The notes under the pieces: generated by a model
Databases searched by the model: none
What the model was told of the DNA's origin: nothing
The model's input: only the letters and a program-made list of their open reading frames with translations
In this document: in pieces, positions 39,528 to 48,645 of the stretch
Layout of the letters: every line of letters starts with the position of its first letter
How positions within the stretch are numbered: the stretch's first letter is position 1
Translations under genes and position numbers: made by a program
From: Chloroflexota bacterium
GTDB taxonomy: Bacteria > Chloroflexota > Dehalococcoidia > Lucifugimonadales > UBA3495
NCBI GenBank assembly: GCA_028874075.1
Contig: JAPPLU010000090.1
Coordinates: 29,675-93,674, forward strand
Length of the DNA stretch: 64,000 nt
Direction: 5' to 3'

Positions 39528-40843
39528 GAATTATTGGCGGGGGCGCTGCCGGGCTGGCCGCGGCCTATGAACTAACCCGGCAGGGACACCATGCTGAGGT
39601 GTTCGAAGTCGCTCCCTTCCTGGGCGGCCAGGCTTCCACTTTCGATATCGGGGGCGGCCGGCTGGAACGGGGCTACCACCATCTCTTCGTAAGCGACACC
39701 GCAATTACCGAACTGATCCACGAACTTGGTCTTGGCGACCAACTGGCCTGGCTGGAATCGAAAGTGGGGATTTACCACAGCGGTCGTATTTGGGACTTCG
39801 CAACTCCCCTGGACTTGCTGAAGTTCAGCCCGCTGACTCTCGTCCAGCGCATCCGGCTGGGGGTCCTGACTTTTGCCCTGCAAAAGACCAGGAACTGGCA
39901 GAAGTTTGAGGGCGTGACAGCCCAGGACTGGCTTACTCGCAATTTGGGCAGGGATATCTACGAGGCAATCTGGGAACCCATGCTCCGCGGCAAGTTCGGC
40001 GAACATTATGACCGGATCAGCATGACCTGGCTTTGGGGCAAGATATACCTGAGAGTGGCATCGAGAGGGAAGACGCTTCAGAAGGAACGACTTGGCTACC
40101 CCATGGGCAGCTTCGGCGAAGTCTTCGAACGTCTTGAGGAAGAGATTCTGCGGCTGGGAGGTGACGTCCACATATCCGCCCGAGTTAACGGCGTGATTGT
40201 GGAAAACGGAATCGCCTCCGGCCTGGAAACCCAGCTTGAAGGACGGGAGCCAGGCCGGGTCAACTACGACGCCGTCATCGCTACGACTCCCTCTTACGTG
40301 TTCGTGCGCCTGGTGCCGCCTTTGCCGGAGGAGTACCACCAAAAGCTGGTCAGCACTCAATATCTTTCCGCCGTATTGGTCATCCTTGCCCTGGACCGTC
40401 CCCTTACTTCCAAATACTGGCTCAACGTGGCTGACCGGAGCCTGCCATTTGTAGGGGTTATCGAGCACACAAATATGATCGATCCTTCCCTCTACGGCGG
40501 CAATCACATTGTCTACTTAACAAACTACAGTCCCCGCGACAGTGAACTCTACGCCAAGACCAGCGAACAGTTGCTGGAAGATTTTATTCCCCACTTGCAA
40601 AAACTGAATCCCCAGTTTGACCGGTCCTGGATAAGGGAGTACTACCACCACAAGGTGGACGGCGCACAGCCCATCATTGGCGTCAACTACGGTGACCAGA
40701 TTCCCGGCCACCGCACTCCAATTCAGAACCTGTACCTGGCCAACACGACCCAGATATATCCGGAGGACCGCGGAACCAACTACTCCGTTAGAATGGGGCG
40801 TGAAGTAGCCCGAATGGTGATGGAAGACTTGGGCGATTCCTGA
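39518..40843 (+). CDS. FAD-dependent oxidoreductase (amine oxidase/HemY-like)
   Basis: MRIGIIGGGAAGL Rossmann motif, LERGYHHLF and IYPEDRGTNYSV; ATG at 39518. Confidence 0.85.
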   Translation: MRIGIIGGGAAGLAAAYELTRQGHHAEVFEVAPFLGGQASTFDIGGGRLERGYHHLFVSDTAITELIHELGLGDQLAWLESKVGIYHSGRIWDFATPLDLLKFSPLTLVQRIRLGVLTFALQKTRNWQKFEGVTAQDWLTRNLGRDIYEAIWEPMLRGKFGEHYDRISMTWLWGKIYLRVASRGKTLQKERLGYPMGSFGEVFERLEEEILRLGGDVHISARVNGVIVENGIASGLETQLEGREPGRVNYDAVIATTPSYVFVRLVPPLPEEYHQKLVSTQYLSAVLVILALDRPLTSKYWLNVADRSLPFVGVIEHTNMIDPSLYGGNHIVYLTNYSPRDSELYAKTSEQLLEDFIPHLQKLNPQFDRSWIREYYHHKVDGAQPIIGVNYGDQIPGHRTPIQNLYLANTTQIYPEDRGTNYSVRMGREVARMVMEDLGDS

Positions 40844-40952
40844 GGTTTCTTGGAGAACCTGGACGGAGTATATGCATGGTTTACTTGGCACATCAATTAG
40901 GGCAGTGGCTCAGACGGGCTTCAAGCAGCGGATTGAATGGAACGCTGTATTT

Positions 40953-41155
40953 GTAGACGCAGACCTATTCGTCCGCCCCGGCTCCGACACGAAACCACCT
41001 AAACCGAAACGCTTCAGAAGCTCTCAGGGCAATGGCATTTAATCATGGACCAGGGGGCAAGGTGAGAAATTTTTGATTTCCGTCCCATACCGGCTCATTT
41101 TGTCCCATTTTAGCCCTTATCCCCGGCCCGGGCAGACACCCAAGTCTGCCCCTAC
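40953..41155. repeat. GTAG-type REP doublet enclosing a 10-bp-period array
   Basis: GTAGACGCAGACCTATTCGTCCGCCCC at 40953-40979 and GGGCAGACAcccaaGTCTGCCCCTAC at 41130-41155; internal minus-strand AAAATGGGAC-AAAATGAGCC-GGTATGGGAC-GGAAATCAAAAATT. Confidence 0.6.
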
Positions 41156-41482
41156 TCCTTCATTCCCGGACCCTGGGCCCCAGAACGAGGAGGGATTGTA
41201 TTCTCAATTGTGGCGGTGGGTTATGTCGGGTGGCAAGGGGGAAGAGTCAATGGCCTGGTAAGGAGGGTACTGGGAGGAGGGCACTACCGTCTCCTTGCTC
41301 ATTGCTGCGGAGGCGGGAAGAACGGGCTTTCCCCGAATCATAATTCGATTGCCCTGCTGAAGCTCAAACCGGCAATGCAGAATCGAGAGCAGACTGCTAT
41401 AATAACGAGCCGAGAAACATATCTGAGAGACGCGTCGTTCTCTCCAAAAACACCATCGCCTCATCGAAACTTGGAGTTGGCA

Positions 41483-41698
41483 GTGCTAAGCAAGAAAACC
41501 CGGGAATCAGATAGCGGAGAAAGCCGCCGCAGCTTTTTGGCCAAGATGGGCATAGGAATTGCCGCCATAACCGGTGTTTACGCCGGCTTGGTTCGACCTG
41601 GCGTCAAGCAGTCCAACACCAGCGGAGAGTTCCCGGGGCCCGACTCCATTTTCCATCCCGCCCAGGACCCGCGCCAGGACCCGCGACGTCAGAGTTAG
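41483..41698 (+). CDS. Small protein with a twin-arginine (Tat) signal-like N-terminus
   Basis: GGAG RBS then GTG 41483; SRRSFLAKMGIGIAAITGVYAGL; TGcTATAAT at 41395-41403. Confidence 0.6.
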   Translation: MLSKKTRESDSGESRRSFLAKMGIGIAAITGVYAGLVRPGVKQSNTSGEFPGPDSIFHPAQDPRQDPRRQS

Positions 41699-41754
41699 CA
41701 CATCCTGTCCTCTGTCTTACCACCAGTTTAGGTCTGGCTTGGCAAGGCCCGACC

Positions 41755-43527
41755 TTATCGTCGGCCGAACTCCCGCTCCATGTTATAGGCGCTAAAGTGG
41801 ATCAGCGTAGGCCTACCATGCGGGCAGGTGTGGGGGTTGTCCGTAACCTCCAGTTGCTCCAACAGGGCACGCATTTCCGGTTCCGTCATGGATTGCCCGG
41901 CTCTTATCGCACTGTGGCAAGCCAGCGAAGCCGCCAATACATCCTCCCGCTCTTTCAACAGTCCCTCAAAGGCCACCATATCCAGCACATCAACCAACGC
42001 TTTGCCCGGATCCCGGGTAGTCAGCACCGCGGGCACCGACCGAACCAGGTAAGCCGTGCCTCCGAATTCCTCCAGCTCAAATCCGTAGTCGGACAGGAAC
42101 TCACGTTGCTCCGCCAGCGTAGACACTTGCCCGGTGGTTAATTCCACGTGCACGGGCGCCAACAGAGGCTGCGACAGCGACTCTCTTTGCGAGGCCTCTC
42201 TAACTATGCGGTCGAACAACACTCTCTCGTGGGCCGCGTGCTGGTCCACTAAATACATGCCGTCCGGGCTCTCCGCCACAATATAGGTCAGCCTGACCTG
42301 GCCCACCACCCGCAGGACGGGCAGGGTTTGCTGAGGTGTGAGTGCCGCCTCCGGGGGCCCGTAACCTTCCGGATGGGACTGTCCACTGCCCGGCACACTT
42401 CCCCAATCCCCGGGCGTTGAGAAGGTTTGGGAAGTTCGCCCATCGAAGGGACTGCGGAAGAATCCCCCAACTCCAGCTTCGTAGCTCCCGACGGGTCCGC
42501 GCCCGATTGGGGGACTCTGCACAGACCTTACGGGTGAATGGGCCAACAGCGCGTCCCTTACTCCTCGTTGCAGCGCCGAATAGACCTTTCCATCCTGCCG
42601 AAACCTGACTTCACGCTTGCCTGGATGCGAGTTGACGTCAACATCCTCATAGGGCAAAACCAGGTTCAGCACTGCTAATGGATACCGCTTTTCGGGAAGA
42701 AGCCCATGGTAGGCCTCTTCCAGAGCGAAAGTGAGCATGCGGCTTTGTATCCATCGCCGGTTCACAAAGAATGTCATATAGGTCCGGTTAGCCCGGTGCA
42801 GTGAAGGATTTCCGGTAAATCCTTCAACACTGTACCCCGAGTCCGGATCTTCCCAAGATACTTCCAGCAGGTTAGTCACCACGTCCGCACCGTAGACCGC
42901 AACCATAGCATTGGCCTGCCGCCCGTCGCCAGGCGTTGACAGCGTCGTACGATCGCCAACCTTCAGGCTGAACGCAATTTGCGGGTACGCCAATGCGTAA
43001 CGAGCCACCAAATCACCAATTCGCCCCCCTTCCGCCGTAGGAGAACGGAGAAAGTTTCGTCTGGCCGGCAGGTTTCCAAACAGGTCTCCCACCTGGACCG
43101 TAGTGCCCGGTGGGCAGCCTTGGGATCCTTCCCCCATTAGTTTCCCCCAAGCCATTTCCACACCGTAACCCACGTCCGTATCCTGCTGCCTTGTGGTCAT
43201 GGTCATTTGGGAAACTGCGGCTATGCTCGGCAGAGCTTCGCCTCGAAACCCGAGAGTGGGAATGGCATCCAGTAGACCAGGGTGATCAAGCTTGCTGGTG
43301 GCGTGCCGCTGGAAAGCCAGGACCACCTCATCCGGGGGAATTCCTGCCCCGTCGTCGGCCACACTGATCTTTTCGATGCCGCCGCCGCGGATCTCCACCG
43401 AAATACGGGTCGCTCCAGCATCGATTGAGTTCTCAAGAAGTTCCTTGACTACGGAGACAGGTCGCTCAACCACCTCGCCGGCAGCAATCTGTCCGGCTAG
43501 TTCGTGGGGAAGTTGCCTGATTGGCAT
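41755..43527 (-). CDS. mutL: DNA mismatch repair protein MutL
   Basis: IAAGEVVERP, GFRGEAL, DQHAAHER and CPHGRP (endonuclease motif intact). Confidence 0.97.
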   Translation of the reverse strand: MPIRQLPHELAGQIAAGEVVERPVSVVKELLENSIDAGATRISVEIRGGGIEKISVADDGAGIPPDEVVLAFQRHATSKLDHPGLLDAIPTLGFRGEALPSIAAVSQMTMTTRQQDTDVGYGVEMAWGKLMGEGSQGCPPGTTVQVGDLFGNLPARRNFLRSPTAEGGRIGDLVARYALAYPQIAFSLKVGDRTTLSTPGDGRQANAMVAVYGADVVTNLLEVSWEDPDSGYSVEGFTGNPSLHRANRTYMTFFVNRRWIQSRMLTFALEEAYHGLLPEKRYPLAVLNLVLPYEDVDVNSHPGKREVRFRQDGKVYSALQRGVRDALLAHSPVRSVQSPPIGRGPVGSYEAGVGGFFRSPFDGRTSQTFSTPGDWGSVPGSGQSHPEGYGPPEAALTPQQTLPVLRVVGQVRLTYIVAESPDGMYLVDQHAAHERVLFDRIVREASQRESLSQPLLAPVHVELTTGQVSTLAEQREFLSDYGFELEEFGGTAYLVRSVPAVLTTRDPGKALVDVLDMVAFEGLLKEREDVLAASLACHSAIRAGQSMTEPEMRALLEQLEVTDNPHTCPHGRPTLIHFSAYNMEREFGRR

Positions 43528-43612
43528 GGATAACCTCTCTCACCACGAGCCAAGGTCGCACCTGGACGTCTGCAGGCGGCAGCGGGAATTGCCCAAGAGG
43601 CCGGGAGGAGGA

Positions 43613-44050
43613 CTAGAAAAGGGGGAGCACCGTGCCCTTCGCCTTGTACTGGGTGTCCTCGGAAGTGCCGCTATTGGCAAAGTCGCAGACGATCTGGTAA
43701 ATCCGGTCCATTTGCTGGTCCACGCTTCGCGCGAAGAAGTAGGGAGGGACCCAAGCCCCGCCGAAGGCAGCGACGACTTCGGGATAGTCATCTATAACAA
43801 ACTCCGGCTCGAAGGGTATTTTCAGCTCCTCGAGGCGCTCGTGGAAGTGGTTGGTGGGCTTTTCGTATACTCCGCTAACGTAGGAGCTTAGCTCGTGCTT
43901 CTCAATGACTTCCCACCGCTCACCCATTCCAGACCAGATGAAAATCTCGTGGTTGTCGTCCAGGAGTTTCTGGAAGGTCTCCTTGGTACCGGGCCGAAGG
44001 GTATCATCCAGGCCAAGAATGGTGTAGTCAACGTCAAAAAAGATCTTCAT
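43613..44050 (-). CDS. Small capless HAD-superfamily phosphatase-like protein
   Basis: FFDVDYT (DxD), IWSG, K and VIDD motifs. Confidence 0.75.
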   Translation of the reverse strand: MKIFFDVDYTILGLDDTLRPGTKETFQKLLDDNHEIFIWSGMGERWEVIEKHELSSYVSGVYEKPTNHFHERLEELKIPFEPEFVIDDYPEVVAAFGGAWVPPYFFARSVDQQMDRIYQIVCDFANSGTSEDTQYKAKGTVLPLF

Positions 44051-44289
44051 GGTATGACGCTTTTCCTCAGAAGCTTAAAGTAGTCCAAAATACTATCACA
44101 TCTTTTGATAAGAGGGCAACATAACCATTTGTTATGCTGCTCTTCAGTGCATGCAAGGCCCAAAGGCTTCGGCATGGCCAGATGTGCAAACCACGAGCTC
44201 ACTGATAACAAACGTGCTCCATCATTGGGCCACAACGTACATGACCAATGTGCTTGAGGGGAAGAAACCGTGTACCTGTCTTTTGCAGA

Positions 44290-44649
44290 CTATTCCAAGC
44301 CAGCCAGCTCCTGCTCAAGCACCTTAGGGCTGGACCCGATTATCAATTTGTCCCCCACCCGGGTTACTGGCCGGCGCAGCAGCCGCGGCTCCTCCAACAT
44401 CAGCCTGAGCATTTCATCCTCGGATACATCCTCGGCAGCCAGTCCCATCTTCTTGAAACTGGGACTCCGCCAGGCAAAAAGGTCGGAAAAAGACGACAGT
44501 CCCGCCAGTTCCTCAAGTTCCTCCTTGCTGAGCGGTTCCTTGAAGTAGTCCCTCTCCTCCAGTTCCAGCCCTTTCTGCAAGAGCAACTCCCTTGCTTTGC
44601 GGCAGGACGATCAACGGGGCCACCAATAGAACGTTGCAACGCTACCCAT
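44290..44649 (-). CDS. ArsC/Spx-family protein, probable selenoprotein (TGA 44611-44613; U-S-S-C)
   Basis: GGAG RBS then ATG 44649 gives MGSVATFYWWPR*SSCRKARELL, in frame with track ORF 44290-44586 (PRLLRRPV). Hairpin at 44575-44605. Confidence 0.88.
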
Positions 44650-44852
44650 AACTTCTCCGGTATTGGCCGCCGGCTCAATAAGAACCCGTCCGCCGGTAGC
44701 CTCGTCAATTTGAGGCACATTCTAACCGTTTTCTGGAAAAAGTTAAGGCAACCCGAGCAGCAATCCGTGGTAATTTCTTGCGACTTCAAACCACACAGAC
44801 GAAGGCAAAGCACACCCGGAAACGGGGATTCCCATAAGTTGGTTCCAAACTG

Positions 44853-47492
44853 TCAGTCCTTTCTGCGCGCATCTTCCTGGAGCTCATAAAGCTTGTTTAT
44901 TGCCTCCAGGGGAGTAAGATTCGCCACGTCCAGTTTCAGCACTGCGTCCCTTAGTTGCTGCTCCGGCTGGAAAAGAGACATTTGAACTGCCGGCTCTGGT
45001 CTTCGCCCCCGCTTGGGGGAACCCCGACCGGCGCCGTTCCTCTCCATGTTATCCAGCACCTCCCAGGCCCGGCTCACTACCGCCTGGGGAAGGCCTGCCA
45101 GCTGGGCTACGTGTACGCCGTAGCTGCGGTCGGCGCCACCGGGTACGATGCGGTGCAGAAATACGACCCTGCCCTCCTCTTCCGCCACCGCCACGCTGAA
45201 ATTTCGGACTCCGGGCAGCGTTCGCGCCAGTTCGGTTAACTCGTGGTAATGGGTAGCGAACAGCGACTTACATCCCAAGCGCGGATTGTTGTGCAAGTGC
45301 TCAATCACCGACTGGGCGATGGACAGGCCGTCGTAAGTGCTGGTCCCCCGGCCAATCTCGTCCAGAATAACCAGGGACCTGGGAGTGGCCTGATTCAGAA
45401 TGGACGCGGTTTCCACCATTTCCACCATGAAGGTGGACTGTCCCGTAGCCAGGTCATCTTGCAGCCCGACCCGGGTGAAGATGCGGTCCACCAGCCCTAT
45501 GGTAGCCTCATCCGCGGGCACAAAACTGCCTATTTGAGCCATCAGCACCATGATGGCTGCCTGGCGTATATAGGTAGATTTGCCTGCCATGTTGGGGCCC
45601 GTCAGCACCACTATCCGCGCATCGTCGTTGGCCAGGTGAACATCATTGGGAACAAAACTGCTCGACCCCAAATGCCGCTCTACCACGGGATGACGGCCGT
45701 TCCTAATGTTGATGAGATCTCCTTGATTGATATCAGGACGGACGTACCGGTGCCTGGCGGCCACTTCCGCCAGGGAAGCTATCACGTCCACTACTGCGAT
45801 ACCGGCGGCCAGCCTGATGATGCCTTCGGCATACAGGACTATTTGGGCACATACCTGGCGGTAAAGGCTTCTCTCCAGCTCCTCGATTCGCTCCTTGGCG
45901 TTGAGGACCTGGGATTCATACTCCTTCAGTTCCGGAATTATATACCGCTCTCCGTTTGTCAGAGTCTGACGGCGTATGTAGTCATCAGGAACCTGCGCCT
46001 GGTTCGACTTGCTCACCTCAAGGTAATACCCGAAGACATGGTTATACCCTACACGCAGGTTGCGAATGCCGGTGCGGTCCCGTTCCCGTTGTTCTAGCCC
46101 AGCAATGAAGGAACGGGCATCGCGAGAGTTCCGTTTCAGATCGTCCAACTCTGGGGAGAAACCGTCTCGAATTACGTTGCCATCTCCCACACTTCCCGAA
46201 GGTTCCTCGTTGATGGCCTCTTCTATCAACTTCGGAACGTCCGGCACGTTTCCCAACTGCCGCCGGAGCCACTCTACTCTACCGGCTTCGTCATCCTCCA
46301 GGGCATTGGTGAGGGGTATTGCCGACTCTATCCCCTGCTTCAGGCCTATCAGGTCGCGGGGCGCCGCCGTCTCGGTCTGCAGCCGACCCAGAATTCGTTC
46401 CAGGTCAGACACATCTGACAGGGTTTCCCGAATCCTTGCCCGGTTCAGTCCGTCTTTAACGAGGTGTTCGACCCCATTCAGACGGCTTTCAAGCTCCTTC
46501 TCATCCAGCAGGGGCTGCCCCACCCACCTCCGGAGCATTCTACCGCCCATTGGCGTGTGGGTCAGATCCAGGGCCGCGAAGAGGGAGAGTTCCCGGCTTT
46601 CCCAGCGGCCCGCCTGGAACAGTTCCAGATTGCGCCGGGTCTGCGTGTCTAGGGCCATGTACCGTTCCAGCGAGTACACCGACAGCGCCGACAGCCCGGG
46701 GGCGACAGCCTTGTGAGTAAGGGAAAGGTAGTCGACAATAGCGCCGGCTGCCCTAGTTGCTAGTGGCAGGTTTTCGCACCCGAAAGATTCCAGAGTATGG
46801 ATACCATAGTGTGACAGCAGCGCATCTCGGGCCATGTCCAGATCGAAAGACACGGGATTTACCTGGACGATGGGCAGGCCCGCCCCGTGACGCTCTTCCC
46901 CTGCTTCTGTGAATTTCAACCTATCTTCTTCAGGCATCCATTCCGGCAGCGTGTCTACGGCGGGAATCAGAATCTCCGCGGGAGAAATCCGGGCTAGTTC
47001 CGGATAAAGGCGGTCCCGACCAAGCTGGGTCGCGCAGAATTCCCCAGTGGTGATATCCACGTAAGCCAAGCCAACCTGGTCTCCCTGTTCCACCAGGGCT
47101 GCCAGGTAATTGTTGGTATCCTCATCCAGCAGGGAAGGCTCGAAAACAGTGCCAGGAGTCACCACCCGCACCACGTCCCGTTCAACCAGTCCGCGCGACG
47201 TGGCAGGATCGGTGAGCTGCTCGCAAATGGCCACCTTGTGGCCTTTCTTGATCAGGCGAGCCAGGTAGGGCTCCAATGAGTGCGCGGGAACCCCCGCCAT
47301 GGGGACCTTAATGTCTTTCCCCATGCTGCGGGAAGTCAGCGTTATTTCGAGGTCCCGTGCGGTTAGTTCGGCGTCGGCGTCAAAGGTCTCGTAGAAGTCA
47401 CCCATCCTGAACAGCACTATGGCATCGGGATAGGCGCTCTTGACCTTCAAGTATTGCCGTCGGACCGGCGTCAGCGTCTGGCCTTTAGTCAA
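44853..47492 (-). CDS. mutS: DNA mismatch repair protein MutS
   Basis: FRMGDFYE, GPNMAGKST, DEIGRGT and FATHYHEL motifs. Confidence 0.97.
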   Translation of the reverse strand: MTKGQTLTPVRRQYLKVKSAYPDAIVLFRMGDFYETFDADAELTARDLEITLTSRSMGKDIKVPMAGVPAHSLEPYLARLIKKGHKVAICEQLTDPATSRGLVERDVVRVVTPGTVFEPSLLDEDTNNYLAALVEQGDQVGLAYVDITTGEFCATQLGRDRLYPELARISPAEILIPAVDTLPEWMPEEDRLKFTEAGEERHGAGLPIVQVNPVSFDLDMARDALLSHYGIHTLESFGCENLPLATRAAGAIVDYLSLTHKAVAPGLSALSVYSLERYMALDTQTRRNLELFQAGRWESRELSLFAALDLTHTPMGGRMLRRWVGQPLLDEKELESRLNGVEHLVKDGLNRARIRETLSDVSDLERILGRLQTETAAPRDLIGLKQGIESAIPLTNALEDDEAGRVEWLRRQLGNVPDVPKLIEEAINEEPSGSVGDGNVIRDGFSPELDDLKRNSRDARSFIAGLEQRERDRTGIRNLRVGYNHVFGYYLEVSKSNQAQVPDDYIRRQTLTNGERYIIPELKEYESQVLNAKERIEELERSLYRQVCAQIVLYAEGIIRLAAGIAVVDVIASLAEVAARHRYVRPDINQGDLINIRNGRHPVVERHLGSSSFVPNDVHLANDDARIVVLTGPNMAGKSTYIRQAAIMVLMAQIGSFVPADEATIGLVDRIFTRVGLQDDLATGQSTFMVEMVETASILNQATPRSLVILDEIGRGTSTYDGLSIAQSVIEHLHNNPRLGCKSLFATHYHELTELARTLPGVRNFSVAVAEEEGRVVFLHRIVPGGADRSYGVHVAQLAGLPQAVVSRAWEVLDNMERNGAGRGSPKRGRRPEPAVQMSLFQPEQQLRDAVLKLDVANLTPLEAINKLYELQEDARRKD

Positions 47493-47640
47493 ACTTGAGA
47501 AATCCTCGGGTAGTAGATATCTGAAGACATTCTAATGGAAGAGGATGGAATCAACAAAACCAGGCCAGGCGCTCCAGGAGACCAAGAGCAGCAGCATTCG
47601 GGCCCCAATGGGGCAAGAACGGGGTAAATACTCTAAATGG

Positions 47641-47672
47641 AAAAGAAAAGAAGGCGGGCTGCCCCCGCCTTC
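47641..47672 (-). terminator. Intrinsic terminator after the fpr-like gene
   Basis: GAAGGCGGG/CCCGCCTTC stem followed by a U-rich tract on the minus strand. Confidence 0.75.
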
Positions 47673-47772
47673 CTTCTAGTATGGATTCCCGCCGATTCGG
47701 TGTGAACGCCAGGAAAGTTCATCGGCTTGAACTGTTGGATAGCCCCCACCCAGGAATACTTGAGGCCTCCCA

Positions 47773-48552
47773 TTACTCTTTCCAGAACCGTTCTTCCTTG
47801 AACTGCCATCCCTGGGGAGTCACCCGTTCCTTGACGTCCGCAATCATTCCAGGGTGGCCGCAGGTGTAGACCATGGTGTCGTCCTTGGGCAGGTCAAATT
47901 CTTTCAGATACTTTTCTACAAGAGTATTGACCCGGCCCTCATCGCCCTGCCAGCCGTCATTCCGTACGTCAGAAGGACGGCTTACAGTGCCCACGTACTT
48001 TACACATTCCGGGTGTTCCTCGGCCAGTTGACGCAATTCGGCGTCGTATATCAGTTCATTCTGGAAGCTAGCACCGAACAGCACGTAGAAATAATGCCCC
48101 TGCTCACCCTGGTGAAGGTATTCGCGGATGATGCTTAGGTAAGGCCCCACGCCGGTAACAGTCGCCACCATCAGGTGGTGATGGACATTTTCGTTCAGGG
48201 TGAATATCCCTTTGGGGCGGGGGCGTATCGACATAGTTTCGCCAACATTCATCCGCCACATCTTGGGCGTCAGCTCTCCATCCGGCACTAACTCCACAAA
48301 TATTTCCAGCTGGGACTCAAAGGGAGCGGAAACTATGGAATAGGCCCTTTCCACTCCTTCCCTTCCCAACGTGCAATACTGTCCCGCCTTGAACTGGAAG
48401 GGCCCTTCTTCCGGCTCCAACTTTATGACCATGAGGTCTTCAGAAATGTCCTCACGGTAAGCCAGCCTGGCTTGAGGCAAGCTATCTGTGCGATACACCG
48501 GCTTGCTCTGCTCTTCTCCCTCGGTCAATACATCCTGTCTCCCGACAGTCAT
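47773..48552 (-). CDS. Ferredoxin--NADP(+) reductase family protein
   Basis: FKAGQY, RAYSIVS, TVTGVGPY, CGHPGM and terminal ERFW motifs. Confidence 0.88.
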   Translation of the reverse strand: MTVGRQDVLTEGEEQSKPVYRTDSLPQARLAYREDISEDLMVIKLEPEEGPFQFKAGQYCTLGREGVERAYSIVSAPFESQLEIFVELVPDGELTPKMWRMNVGETMSIRPRPKGIFTLNENVHHHLMVATVTGVGPYLSIIREYLHQGEQGHYFYVLFGASFQNELIYDAELRQLAEEHPECVKYVGTVSRPSDVRNDGWQGDEGRVNTLVEKYLKEFDLPKDDTMVYTCGHPGMIADVKERVTPQGWQFKEERFWKE

Positions 48553-48645
48553 TGCTCACCTCTTCCAACTATTGAAAATAAGCTCGAATTCTACTTCAAT
48601 GATATTTGCGTTGTGTCCGTTTCTCACTGGAGCCTGCGGACAGGA

